A stretch of 64,000 bases of DNA from Mobula hypostoma. Its lineage: Eukaryota. The notes beneath the pieces are model-generated. The model saw nothing but the letters and a program-made list of their open reading frames with translations. It did no database searches and was not told where the DNA came from. The stretch covers positions 80,106,001 through 80,170,000 of the forward strand of contig NC_086108.1 of NCBI RefSeq assembly GCF_963921235.1, written 5' to 3'. The position numbers and the translations under genes were made by a program. Of this stretch, positions 12,056-24,689 are shown in pieces (positions within the stretch are counted from its first letter, which is position 1; each line of letters starts with the position of its first letter).

Positions 12056-14974
12056 CATTTGTTCAATCTCTTGGTTACCGATGTACAATTGGCAGTTGGG
12101 AGTATCCTGCTGTTTTGATATTGCCATACATTTGTTTTTTTTTTACAGTTGACGGTTACACCAAAATCTGCACTTGTTCATACTACTTTGTCCAGGAGGA
12201 TTTGTAGGTCTTCTGCAGCACTTGCTATTAGGGTGGTATCGTCTGCATATCTTATATTGTTGATGTTAACACCTCCAATTTTTATCCCATCTAGGTCTTC
12301 TATTTCTCTGAGAATCATTTCACTATAGATATTAAACAATTCTGCTGAGGCAACACATCCCTGTCTAACTCCTCTTTGAATTTTAGTCCAATTGCTTATA
12401 TTATCATCAATTTTTACCGCCATCGTTTGGTTCCAATATAAATTTAGAAGCAGTTGTTGGTCCCTTCCGTCAAGGTTTAGTTTAGCAAGAATTTGAAATA
12501 ATTTTTCATGTTGCACTTTGTCGAATGCTTTAGTGAAATCAATAAAACATAAAAAACATCATTTTGATATTCAATTGCCCTTTCTGCATAAACCCACACC
12601 TACACTAAAATACTTCAAGAACAATCTTCAGTCAACCTTGTAGTGGACATCTACAAGTAGTGGCAAAAACGTAGTAAAGCTATTTTGTTCACTCTCTAGT
12701 ATCTTCACTTTCAGAGCAGTGACTCAAACTGGATGGACTATTTCAGCTGTGGGCTAACTGATGCTTTATCAAGACTCATCTTAACTAGCCTGCTTTTTTT
12801 TCCATCACTGTCTTTATCTAAGGAACCTAGAATCATGTAAGCTTTACAATTGGTAAACTGCTCTCTCATTGCATTCTACATATTCAAAGCCTTATTAGTT
12901 TATTGAATGATGTGCGAGTCTATCCCAGCACACCATTTAAAACAGTACCATTTAATCTACACCATTTTTACAAAATGGTAAAATTCTCTATATTAAATTC
13001 CAACTGCTGTTTGTCTGCTTATATCATCCAGCATTGTTCCTATCCTCACTCTCTAGCATAGCCCCAATGTTTGTCTTATCTCCAAATTTTCAAACTTAGT
13101 TCTGCAGACCCAAGGCACTAATACAATTCAATATCCAAATTAGTAATTATATTGATTACAACATTTTAGTTGATTTGTGATTTTACAAAAATAGTAACTG
13201 GAAAATGAAATGTCTGCACAAAGCAACTAAAAGGCTTGAGTCCAGCCACGAGATGCCACGGTCCTAAAGCTGATCTCTGCTTAAGGGGATTTCACTATAA
13301 ATCATAAGCTATTATGATATATAACAGAAATACTTCTTTTGTTATTTGTCCTATTTGTCCTTCAAAAGAACCCAAACATAAACAGGGAATTGTTTAAAAA
13401 TCTGCGGAACTTAAATTAGCTGGTAAAAGATTGGGGCTTTCGAGTAATCAGTCTTTCAAACTTAAAAAATAAACACTCTTCCTCTCATGGTAATCTGTCA
13501 ACCTCCATCAACATCTCATAAATGTAGATGTTTCTTGATTGATCATGAGTGAAGAAAAACGATTATAAATTATGTTTTAAAGTGCAAATTAGTCATTAAT
13601 TATTGGGGAACTACAGGAGAAATCCACAAATAACTCAAAACCAGTTGAATAACATTAGTTAAGAATAGTTACAGGTTAAATGAAGGAGAAAATGTTAATG
13701 TTCTAATTGTTTAAAGCATGCAGTGGAACTTAAAATTTCAGGCACATATTGACACCTTCAGCATTGAGATATTTTATAGAATTCAGCCCATAGGACTGAA
13801 TATTTTTGTTGGCCTGCAGAGATTGGTACTTCCTGAATGTACCGGCATTTGAACAATAAACTTGGTTTTTGCAAGAGGAAGAAAAACAGCACATGTATAT
13901 ATATTTTTAAAAATCCACTAAAATTGCTTCCTTTCAGAAAAGCTCTTTATGTAGACTTACTTCTCCATTACCCAATGCATTGTAAATCATTAATAAAAAA
14001 AGAATACATCGCTGAACCAAAAAAAAAATCCCCCATGTAAAGTCACTAAGTCAGCCTGAAATCCTGTTGTTTGAATCCATAGAGGATAAAGGCCTTGGAG
14101 CTTTTGCCAGAGAGGACACTGTTCCTGACAGATGTTAAGCTCTTCTCATGATGGATCACACTGGCTTAGGACAACGACCCTTTTGTATGAGATTCAAATG
14201 TCAGGGCAACAGAGAGCTTACTGTAAAGCCAACTTCCCTTTATTTGGGGTGGGGAGGAAGCGAAATCTGCTTGTTAGCTTAAGGATAGATTGCTGCTGAC
14301 TGTGATAACTTTTAGTGTAAAAGGTTAGTTTCAAGGCCAGGACCACCAAGAAACTCATCCCCTTGGGGACTAAGGGCTACAGGTTAGCTTATAAGATCAA
14401 GCACATTGATTTTTATGAATAGAATGAAAATAAAAATGCTAATTTATCCATGCAAAATTTTCAGGTGGAACTGTAGAATTGATGATGCCATTGAAACATG
14501 CTTCAGACAGATTTTAAAATAATGTCATACAGAAATGTTGTTATATTCTTCAAGTTTTGAAAAGAAAAACCTTATCCATGTTCAGTGTTTGCTTTGTTCA
14601 AAGGTAGAAAATATCTCATTCCTGGGTCTTCATCTACTGTTACTGTGTAACCTTCAGCTCATTTTGGTATCATAGGTAGGGTCACATTTCAAAATCACAT
14701 CCGCTCTTCAAAGAATATCAGATTTTGCAGCATTTTAAAAATGGTATAACTCTCTCATCGGGACTGAAAATGTGATGATTTTATAATCTTCAAAATTGAC
14801 TGAGCTAGAGAGAGAAACTGATACATGTTTATTTTACATCCGAACACAACTTTGAATCTCTTTCTTATTTTCTAAGTTCAAAGTAAAATGTATTATCAAA
14901 GCATGTATATATTACCATATACTACCTACAGATTTATTTTCTTGCGGTATTTATAGGAAAATAAAAAAATAGAA

Positions 14975-17115
14975 CATAGGAACATAAGAAATAGGAGCAG
15001 GAGTGGGCAATCCAGCCCGTTGAGCCTGCTCTACCATTCAGTAAGATCATGGCTGATCTGACCATGGACTCCACTCCACCTACCTGCCCTTTCCCCATAG
15101 CTCTTAATTCCCCAACTATACAAAAATCTATCCAACCTCGTCTTAAATATATTTACTGAGGTAGCCTCCACCGCTTCATTGCAGAGAATTCCACAGATTC
15201 ACCACTTCCTGGGAAAAGCAGTTCCTCCTCATCTCCATCCTAAATCTACTCCTTCGAATCTTGAGGCTATGTCCCCTAGTTCTAGTCTCACCCACCAGTG
15301 GAAACAACTTTCCTGCCTCTATCTTACCTACCCCTTTCATAATTTTATATGCTTCTGTAAGATCTCCTCTCATTCTTCCGAATTCCAGCGAGTATAATCC
15401 CAGGCAATTCAATCTCTCCTCAGTCTAACCCTCTCATGTCCAGAATAAACCTCATGAACCTCCTCTGCACTGCCTCGAAAGCCAATATCTTTCTTCAAGT
15501 AAGGAGACCGAAACTGCAGACAGTACTCCAGATGCTGCCTCACCAGTACCCTGTACAGTTGCAGCATAACCTCCCTTCTCTTAAATTTCATCCCTCTAGC
15601 AATGAAGGCCAACATTCCATTTGCTTTCTTGATAGCCTGCTGCACCTGCAAACCAACCTTTTGTGATTCATGCACACACACTCCCAAGTCCCTCTGCACA
15701 GCAACATACTCCAAATTTTTACCACTTAAATAATAATCTGCTTTCATGTTTCCTTCCAAAGTGGATGACCTCACATTTACCAACATTGTATCCACCTGCC
15801 AGACCCTTGCCCACTCACTTAACCCATCTATATTCCTCTACAGACCCTCTGTATCTTCTGCACAATTTGCTTTTCCACTCAATTTACTATCATCAGCAAA
15901 CTTAAATACACTACACTCGTTCCCCTCTTCCAGATCGTTAATGTGTATCATGAACAGTTGTGGGCCCAGCACCGACCCCTGCAGCACCCCACTCACCACT
16001 GATTGCCAACCAGAGTAATACCCATGTATCCCCAACTCTCTGCTTTCTATTAGTTAACCAATCCTCTATCCATGCTAATAAATCACCCCCAACTCTATGC
16101 ATCCTTATCTTATGGATAAGACTTTTATGCGGCACCTTATCAAACGCCTTCTGGAAATCCAAGTAAATAACGTCCATCTGTTCCCCTTTATCCACTGCAC
16201 TCATTATGTCCTCAAAGACCTCCAGTAAGTCTGTCAAACAGGACCGGCCTTTGTTGAATCTATATTGCGTCTGCCTGATGGATCTATTTCTTTCCAGATG
16301 CCTAGCTATTTCTTCTTTAATGATATTTATCTTCAAGCATTTTCCCAACTACAGATGTTAAACTAACTGGCCTATGGTTACCTGCCTTTTGCCTGCATAC
16401 TTTTTTGAAAAGTGCGCGACATTCGCCATCTTCCAATCCGCCTGGACCTGCCCAGAGTCCAGAGAATTTTGGTAAATCATCACCAAAGCCTCTACTATAA
16501 CTGCAGCCATTTCTTTCAGTGCCCTGGGATGCATTCCATCAGGACCAGGAGATCTGTCTATCTTCAGGCCCACAAGTTTGCTCAGCACTACCACTTTAGT
16601 GATAGCTGTCGTATTGAGGTCTTCACCTCCCATCGCATCTTTGGCAGCTCCACTGTGGACCAACACAAAATAGTCATTCAAAGCCTTGGCTATTTCCTCA
16701 TTACCCAATATCAATTTCCTCTTCTCGTCCTCCAAGGGACCTACATTCACTTTAGCCACCCTTTTCCGCTTTATATAATTATTAAAACCTTTACTATCCA
16801 TTTTCATATTTTGTGCTAGTTTATTTTCACAATCTAGCTTCCTTTTCTTTATTGTTCGCTTAGTGGTACTTCGTTGCTTTTTAAAGTTTTCCCAATCTTC
16901 CAGTTTCCCACTACTTTTGGCAACTTCCTATGCATGAGCTTTTAGTTTGATGCCTTTCTTTATTTCCTTAGTTATCCAAGGCTGGCTCTCCCACCCTCAC
17001 TGTCCTTGCTTTAACTAGGAAAATACTTTTGCTGAGCACCTAGAAAAATCCCTTTGAAAGTCTTCCACTGCTCCTCAACTGTCCCACCATTTAGTCTGTG
17101 TTCCCAGTTTACACT
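14975..17115 (-). mobile_element. 5'-truncated CR1 LINE (RT to 3' tail), nested in an older Rex1-like fragment (about 14872-14965 and 17120-17430)
   Basis: SPGPDGMHPR, YLDFQKAFDKVPH, SGVLQGSVLGPQLF, KFADDSK and TRGHSLKI across frameshifted ORFs. Confidence 0.92.
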
Positions 17116-20100
17116 AGCTAAATCCACTATAAACATTGCTTGACAAACAGCCAACCTGCAAAAGAAGCCAAATTGTGAAATTAAAAAATAATACTGAGAA
17201 CGAGTTTTAAAAAGTCCTAGGAAGTGAGTCTGTAGGTTCTGGAGTCAGTTCAGAGTTGTAGTGAAGTGAGTGAAGTTATCCGTACCAGTTCCAGAGCCTG
17301 ATGGTTGCAGGGAAATATTGTTCCTGAACCTGGAGGTGCGGGAGAGACCTAAGGCTTCTGTACTTCTTGTCTGATGGTAGTAGGGCCTGGATTGGGTTCT
17401 TTGATGATGGATGCTGCTTTTTTATGGCAGCACTTTAACACCTCCTACAGATCAATGTGAGACGGCAGCCCATTACCAAATCCACTAAATTTGTTGTTTG
17501 AATGTAGGTAATTAAAAATATAAAAACTTAGATCACTCTAGTAAGTTGCTACTTTTCAAAATCATGAAGGAATCAGTTTCTGTGATGCTGCTTTTTGGAC
17601 AGATATTGTTCAGATAGTAGGAAATAACTCAGAAAGATATTTCTACCAATACGGATCTCACTCAATATTGTGCTGAGACATCAGCTTGAATTTTCAACTT
17701 CATATCTAGGGTTAAGTTCTTGAACCAACAGTCTCTGATTCACAAGAATACTGGTCAGTCAATGAATTCAATTCAACATGGAAGCTATCTTTTACAGTCT
17801 CCTTTCTCCTAGATTAGAGCAAGTAATGAGCCCTAGATCCACATCAATGGGAACAACAAACGCTGTTCTCTTTCACAAAGTGAACCTGCTGACTCGTTTG
17901 TCATTTTTTTCAAACACTGTGGTACTGAAAAGCAAGATAGGCTGCTTTAGTCTCGAACTCCAACAAACTTAATGGGAACAATAGTAGCATTTAACAAATG
18001 CTGTTCAAGAAATTAATTCTGAGTGCCCCAGTTTCATCCCACATGTCAAAGAAGGTTTACTGAACACAATGCATTTCCTCTAGTGTATTGATGAGAAGCA
18101 AATTATGTTTGAGGGGTGGGCAGAGTGTGGATTGTCTAATAGGAATGTAGGGATGTTACAGGAAAAACATTTGCAGTGATTAGTTTCCTCTGTGAGCTGC
18201 CAAGGACTTAATGGGGTGAAATAGCCCTTCTCTGCAATAAGGAAATAGGGTAACACAAGAGTCGAGTCAACAGGAAATGGAATGATCAGGTCAGCAGAGG
18301 TCATCAACTATCAACTGGTACATTGTATTTCTGCCTCTAAGGAATACTGATGCTTCTTTTGCTACTTCCCAATCGTCAGTCTCCTCCAACTGCAATCCTT
18401 CCTAATTCGGGGGTGGAGTGAGGGAGAGATTTGATGAGAATTTAAGATGACTAAAGGTCTGGATTAAGGTAGGATTATGTAAATTGGTGGCTGATAGCTG
18501 GCACGATCTTGCTGAATCGAAAAGCCTGTTTTCATGCTGTATCTTTCTATCAGTTTATGTTTCTTTGTGGTGACACATGCAGAATGTTAAAAGGATGCAG
18601 AGGCTTTTGAAACACAATTGTAACCATCCCCTACCCTATTCATACATCAGCTCCATAGGTTCTCAAAGCCAAGTAATGTGCTCCAAGAGAGATCCGAGTT
18701 AGTTTCAGGTCGAGGACCATTTCTCAGAAACTGGGAAGGAGATAAAAGAAGTTCACTGAGCTGCAGGCAATGGAGGAAGGTGGGGGGGGGGGGAGAATGC
18801 TCCTGATAGGGTAAAACCAGGATGACTGTTGGGATAAGCAGTAAACAAGGTATCTAGTCAAATAATCTGTTTCTCTTCCCACAGGTATGCACCCAGGTTT
18901 CTGGAACTTCACTACTAGTGTTATAGAGCACAATTATTGTTGTAATAGTAAACTGGATTTGCTTAGACTTATGATTAATCACTTTATTCTGAAATAGGGA
19001 CTAATCTGCTACTTAATTAAATCTTCCTGTAGCCACCATTCTGTATTCAAAAAGTAGTTTTACTGGCAATCTCGGCAAATGAGAATGTATAAGTTGAACT
19101 AAATTCATGCTCAGGTAGATCAGATTTGGCTGCTCCACTGGTGTGCACTAGTTTTTGATAAACACCAACTGTGTTTCATCTTGCAGTTGCTCCAACCCCT
19201 TGAATGTCATTAGGGCTTTGGGTATTAATGTGCAGGATACATGAAAATATTGTGTATCATTACTGGACTGGACTAAAACCAAGATGACTATTATGCACAT
19301 ATTTTAAAAGTACATTTGCAGTCCAGTGTAGGGACTAATAAATTAACATTTAAGCTTTTGAATGATGTACGCCACTCTCAGTCATATATATTTCCTGTTC
19401 TTGTCATGACAGGTGTTTATTTTCCTACAGGCTACAATGATTCTTTTCTCCTTCACCCCTTCCTCAAAAAACAGAATATACCACTCAGTACTAAAATATT
19501 CTGTGGTTTTGCTGGAAATTTCTTATCCGGGGATATGAAATTGACATAGTATCCATGTTGTACTGCTAGGGTTTGTCTCAGTTTTTGGTTAGATTGGCTT
19601 TGGGGGTGGAGGGGTTAGTGGAAATACCACAGCACTTCTACGTTTCAACAAACTTAACTCAGAATACTCATCTTTCCCAAAATGATCAGCCAAATTAATC
19701 TGTGGAATGAAGACCACTTGTTTAACAATTTTTTCCCTTGAGGCATCTAGGCCAGCATATGCAATATTTGGTAAGCTTTTTGGATCAGCCTCAAATGGTT
19801 CTGTTTAACATTTTAATAAACTTTTGATAAATAATCCTTTGAATGCTCAACATGATTATCAAGAACTTTCACCTGCTGAAAATAACCAGAGTAGGCACAT
19901 TGTTTTTCTTTAAATATAATAAAACTATAGGTACTATGCAGAATTACTGAGAGCAAGAAGCGTACGAGAAAAGTTTTAGTGCTTTTGAAGAATGTGGTTG
20001 TGTTAATTCTGCCGGCTGTTAAATATATTTATTATAAAACAAATATTTAATTGTTTCATATAAAGTTAAATTTCCTGGAATTTTTTATATATACTGCAAT

Positions 20101-20689
20101 GTTTAACTAATAAATTATGTTTGAAACAATAAAGCCCTGAATATTGTTCTTGAATTGTAATTATTTGTATAATAATTTCAACACTTTTCCATTAACCTAA
20201 ACAGTGTTTTTGCAATTTGCATCAATAATAGATTTTATATAAATATGTAGTAAAAGAGTCAACATTTTCATTGCACTACAAACACTGAATGAAGTGGATA
20301 TATTTTCAACCACTGGCAGAATGTCAAATTCATTTTCTGGCAGCGAAATCTCGGAAAGAAAACATCATTAAAACAGGCATTTTAGTATTTAATTTAAATG
20401 AAAGAAACATATTGCTAAGTGCCTGATTTCAATAAAGATAGTGCACAGACATGACAGAGTGAGGTGCAGGACTTTGCCATAGAAGAAAACTTTGCAAACA
20501 AGAAGAGTGAGCAAGGCTCAAGAGTTTAATATTAGTTAAAAACCAGATTAAAAGTTAGTACTGGCAAGTTAACAAGTTTTCCTATATGTTGAATATCATC
20601 TGTCAAATTTACATTATAAAATATGCATATATATTTATCTGATTGAAAAGAGCTCTAAAGCGTGCCCCATGCATTAACTAAAGATAGAT

Positions 20690-21465
20690 TTACTGTATAT
20701 GGAGTAGTACAGCACTGAAAAAGGCTCTGGCCCAATAGTGCACACCAACCACAGCACCCTCTCTGCTAGTCCCACTCCAGGTTTGGCCCATAACCCTCCA
20801 GCCTGTCTCCTCCACATACCTATCCAACCTGCAATTGTCTTGTCACTTCCCATGATAGCTTTTTACCTGTTACTCACTACCATCTGTGTAAAGAAGTTAC
20901 CCCCCCAGGTCTCTCTTAAATCTTTCCTCTTTTATCTGTGCGCTCTAATCTTTTTGGGAAAAGACCATGACTGTCCACATTATCCATACCCTTCATGACT
21001 TTATAAACTGCTATGACTTCGCCCCTCATTCTCCTGTGCTCCAGGCAATAAAGATCCAGTGTGGCCCATCTTTTCCTCTGTCTCAGGCCCTCTAGCAACA
21101 TCCTTGAAAATATCTTCTTCACCCTCTTCAGCTTGACAACATCTTTCCTCTAAGTACCTTTCCTTTGAACTTGTACTCCTAAGTGCCTCCGTACCAGTAC
21201 ACTTCCTATTATTCACAGAATATGTAACACTCCAAAATGCATTATATTACACTACATCTATTGAAATCCACTCCTCACTCCTTGGCCCACTTCTTAAACT
21301 GATCAAGATCTCTTTCTAGTATATGATAACTTTCTTCACCATCAACTCCTCTTCATTTTGTGCCATGCACGAAAATACTGATCAAGCCTTGTTCATTCAT
21401 GTTCAAATCATTAATATCAGTAACAAGGGTCCAATGCCAACCCCTGCAATACGTCACTACCTGCA
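20690..21465 (-). mobile_element. Old CR1 3' fragment
   Basis: LDLYCLEHRRMRGEVIAVYKVMKGMD..LFP. Confidence 0.7.
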
Positions 21466-22240
21466 GTGCTACTTGAAATTGGTGAGACTGCATTTGGAGT
21501 ATTGTGTTCAGTTTAGGTCACCTTGTTATAGGAAAGCTGCCATTAAACTGGAAAGAGTGTAGAGAAGATTTGTAAGGATGTTGCCAAGACTCAAGGGATT
21601 GACCTTTAGAAAGAGAGGTTGAGCAGGCTGTGACTTTATTCATTGGAGTATAGGAGAATGAGGGATGATATTATAGAGATATCGGGCAGTCAGTAGTGTA
21701 ATAGTTTGCATAACACTATCACAGTGCCTGCAAACTGGGTTCAATCCTGCTGCTGTCTTTAAGGAGTTTGTGCGACCTCCCCGTGGCCGCATGTGTTTCC
21801 TCTGGTTTCCTACCACATTCCAAAGACGTACAGATGAGTAGGTCAATTGGTCACATGGGTGTAATTGGGTGGCATAGGCTTTTTGGCTCAGAGGAGCCTA
21901 CTACTGTGATGCAATCTAAATAAAATCAGTAGGAGCATAGAGACGGTGAATGCAGACAGTCTCTTTACGAGGATGGGAACTGAGAACTGAATGACATAGA
22001 TGAGAAGGGAAGAGGTTTAACAGGAACTGAGGGGCAATCTTTTGATCCAGAGGGTAGTCTTTATATGGAATCAGCTACCAGAGGAAGTGTTTGATACAGG
22101 TACATTGACAACATTTAAAAAGCATTTGGATGGGTGCATGGAAAAGAATATGGGTTATGGAACACATGGGCAAATGGGACAAATGTAGATTGGTGTCTTG
22201 GTTGTCGTGAACCAGTTGAGGGGCCTGTTTTTGTGTTGTA
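21466..22240 (+). mobile_element. Old CR1 3' fragment interrupted by a SINE
   Basis: LVRLHLEYCVQFRSPCYRK..KLERV. Confidence 0.75.
21684..21926 (+). mobile_element. tRNA-derived V-SINE (HE1-like)
   Basis: tRNA-like head with B box GGTTCAATCC, V-domain-like core (gagtttgtg..ctccccgtg..gtttcctc..ccacattccaaagac) and an A-rich end. Confidence 0.7.
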
Positions 22241-22479
22241 TTACTTTATTAATAACTCTAAGTGAAACAGAAACTTGACATCCTTGTCGCTGGGTTACTA
22301 AGGAATTGCAGGAGCTTAGATATACATCACTGAGTTGTAACTTTGTTCATGGGAAGTGCATAGATGAGAGAAAATACGTAAAACACACCAACAATAGCTT
22401 TTCAACTGATCTTTGTCATTCTAATTCTCCACATTTTCTGCTCATGAGTAAATAGCGCATACTAATAAAGATTTCTTAC

Positions 22480-22583
22480 ACTTAGCATCAACATGCTGTC
22501 CAGTTCCCAACAGACAATCCTTGAGATCAGCTCCTTTTTTAATGACTGCTCTACTGCAAATAACACTGCCCTGTATGCAGCAC
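22480..22583 (-). CDS. EIF2B3: eIF2B gamma internal exon (human exon 11 equivalent, 104 nt)
   Basis: tttcag acceptor and gtaaga donor. Encodes (G)[34 protein letters not shown](S), versus human [34 protein letters not shown]; left-handed beta-helix hexapeptides. Confidence 0.96.
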
Positions 22584-23198
22584 CTGAAAAATAAAACAGA
22601 ATACTATCAATTTTCATTAGTGTGCAGGTTTGCATATAATTACAATCAAATATAGTGCATTTTACATATTAAACCATTTGGAAAAGTCCTTCATCACAAA
22701 GCATAATAAAAAATACAGATGATTTGAATTAACATAAATCATCCTGACTGGTTTCATGCACTCTGTTAATATAAATGAGAAATACTCTTCAATCTAAGAC
22801 AAGGATAGCTGAATGAATATACATCATTGTCTACAGACAGCAATCTCTCAGTGCAGCGGTAAAGGGAAGTTACTGTGTGTTACAGTTTTACAGAGCATGA
22901 TATCTATGCCCAGAACATTGAAGTAAATTGTACTGTAACTATTAAAACTGTATTTAATCACTTGCTCGCTATCTTAAAGACATAAGTCCTCAGTGTAGTT
23001 TTGAGTTTAGGCAGTTTTCCTTAAAGTTAAAGATTCTCCAGAGTGCTTATTTGTTGCGCTAAATAAAAGTTTTAACAATTACAGCTCAGGTCATGATCAC
23101 AACAATCCCCATGTGACATTCCATGCAAATAAAGATATGCTTCTCTCTCATACAATGTTAGTTTGTTGCATTCATATGTACACTATCTTAAAGTTTCT

Positions 23199-23648
23199 CT
23201 AAGTCTTAGTTTGGAGAAAATCAGAAGTCGAACTTTTGATCCTCGATTTGACTTTGAGAAAAGGTGCAGTTCATTTGCCTGCTACTATCATCTGATTTGA
23301 GTTAATTAAGATGGTTTCCTTCTGATTTTGTTTAAATGGATTTGAGTTGGTGGAATGATGTTTTTCTTTTATGGAAGCTTGTATGGCGTATAGCTCCAGG
23401 GTTGTGCTCCCAATGGATTTTTTTGTTAGTAGGGGTTCTTTTTTTTTCCCCTTCTTTTCTTTCAAAAAAAAATTCTTAACACTTTATTTTTTCTTATTAT
23501 TATTGATATATTGTTTAGCTTTGTTAATCAGTTATTTGGTAATCTAATTCTTCATTGTACATATTGACATGTTGACTTGATTACCTTAATGTATTTTTTT
23601 TTGTTGATCTTTAATAATAATGAATAAAAAAGATTTTAAAATGAAAAA
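23199..23648 (+). mobile_element. L1-clade LINE extreme 3' fragment
   Basis: Translates LSLEKIRSRTFDPRFDFEKRCSSFACYYHLI*, homologous to ORF 24998-25213. AATAAA plus A-rich tail. TSD AAAGTTTCT at 23190-23198 and 23649-23657, at a TT/AAAG site. Confidence 0.85.
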
Positions 23649-24689
23649 AAAGTTTCTATTTCAGCTTGTTAGAATTTCATTTTGTTAGGATTCAAGAATC
23701 AAGCCGGAAATGCAAGTGATTTTATTTCATTACAGTCTCTGCCTAACCTGTTGAGTACCAGTGCATCTTCTAAGTTTGTCTATACCAAATTACTCAGCTT
23801 TAAAAAATTGTCATAAAACATTGCCATTTATTATTATTTTCAAGTAATTTCCTCCCATTGAATAATCCATAAACTTTCATACATATATGTGTCATCATCC
23901 ATGAACAAAATGCACATATGGTATTGGTTGAGTTTAATAAAGTCCTTAACAAACTTTAATTTCAAAGTAATTACTTCCATCCTGAGCCTTCACCATGTTT
24001 ACATATATAATATACAGCTGGGTACATCTTTAACCCATTTAGAGAAGGGAGTGCCACCATCAACCCTCTAATCCTTAATAAAAAAAATTATGTTCCTTTA
24101 TGAATCCAAAGGGAGTGGGGCTCTGCTGATGGAATTATGGTTGTCTTTGTAAAATTAGGCATGAGTTAAAGTGAGGAAAGCAAACAGACAAAATTTCACA
24201 CCAGGTATTAGGGAAGTGCTGAAATGTTTGGTCAAAGAGAATCATGAAGAAAAAAATTGCAGAGGAAAGGCTGGGAGGTTTATAGACAGAATTCCAGGGC
24301 CAAGATCTAGTCGGTGATGAGGCAAAATGATTTGGAGGTGCACTGGAAGTCAGAGTTGAAGAAATAGGGATTTGAGAGACTTCAGTTGCTGGAATCTGCT
24401 GGAGGAACTGATGCAACAGTCCTGATAGTCATACTTTATTGATCCCGGGGGAAATTGGTTTGATCCTGGGGGAGCTTGGTTTTGCCATGAAACATTGACA
24501 ATTCCTCTCCTCCACAGATGCTACTTGACCCAATGAACTCCACCAGCAGATTGTTGAGATAAGGGAGACAGAAGCAAACCTGAGAAGTGTAGAAGTAGCA
24601 TCAGGCCTACATGAAGATGAGATACTAAATTGCAAAGCACAGTTCCTTGCATTTTAAACTACTAAGATAATACTGGATCACTCTAAACA

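Larger units (their letters stand above)
11165..12590 (-). mobile_element. 5'-truncated RTE-clade LINE with two PLE-end insertions
   Basis: ORF 12178-12516 has RGVRQGC..LFNIYSE..NNIRYADD. ORF 11244-11846 has FNYLGS, EIKRRIAIAK, ETW and RRMLKIS. Ends in an (AAG)n-type tail near 11170. Confidence 0.88.

Noticed and set aside
21684..21760. tRNA gene (also 37090-37169)
   Set aside because: These are degenerate tRNA-like SINE heads followed by SINE bodies; no complete cloverleaf.
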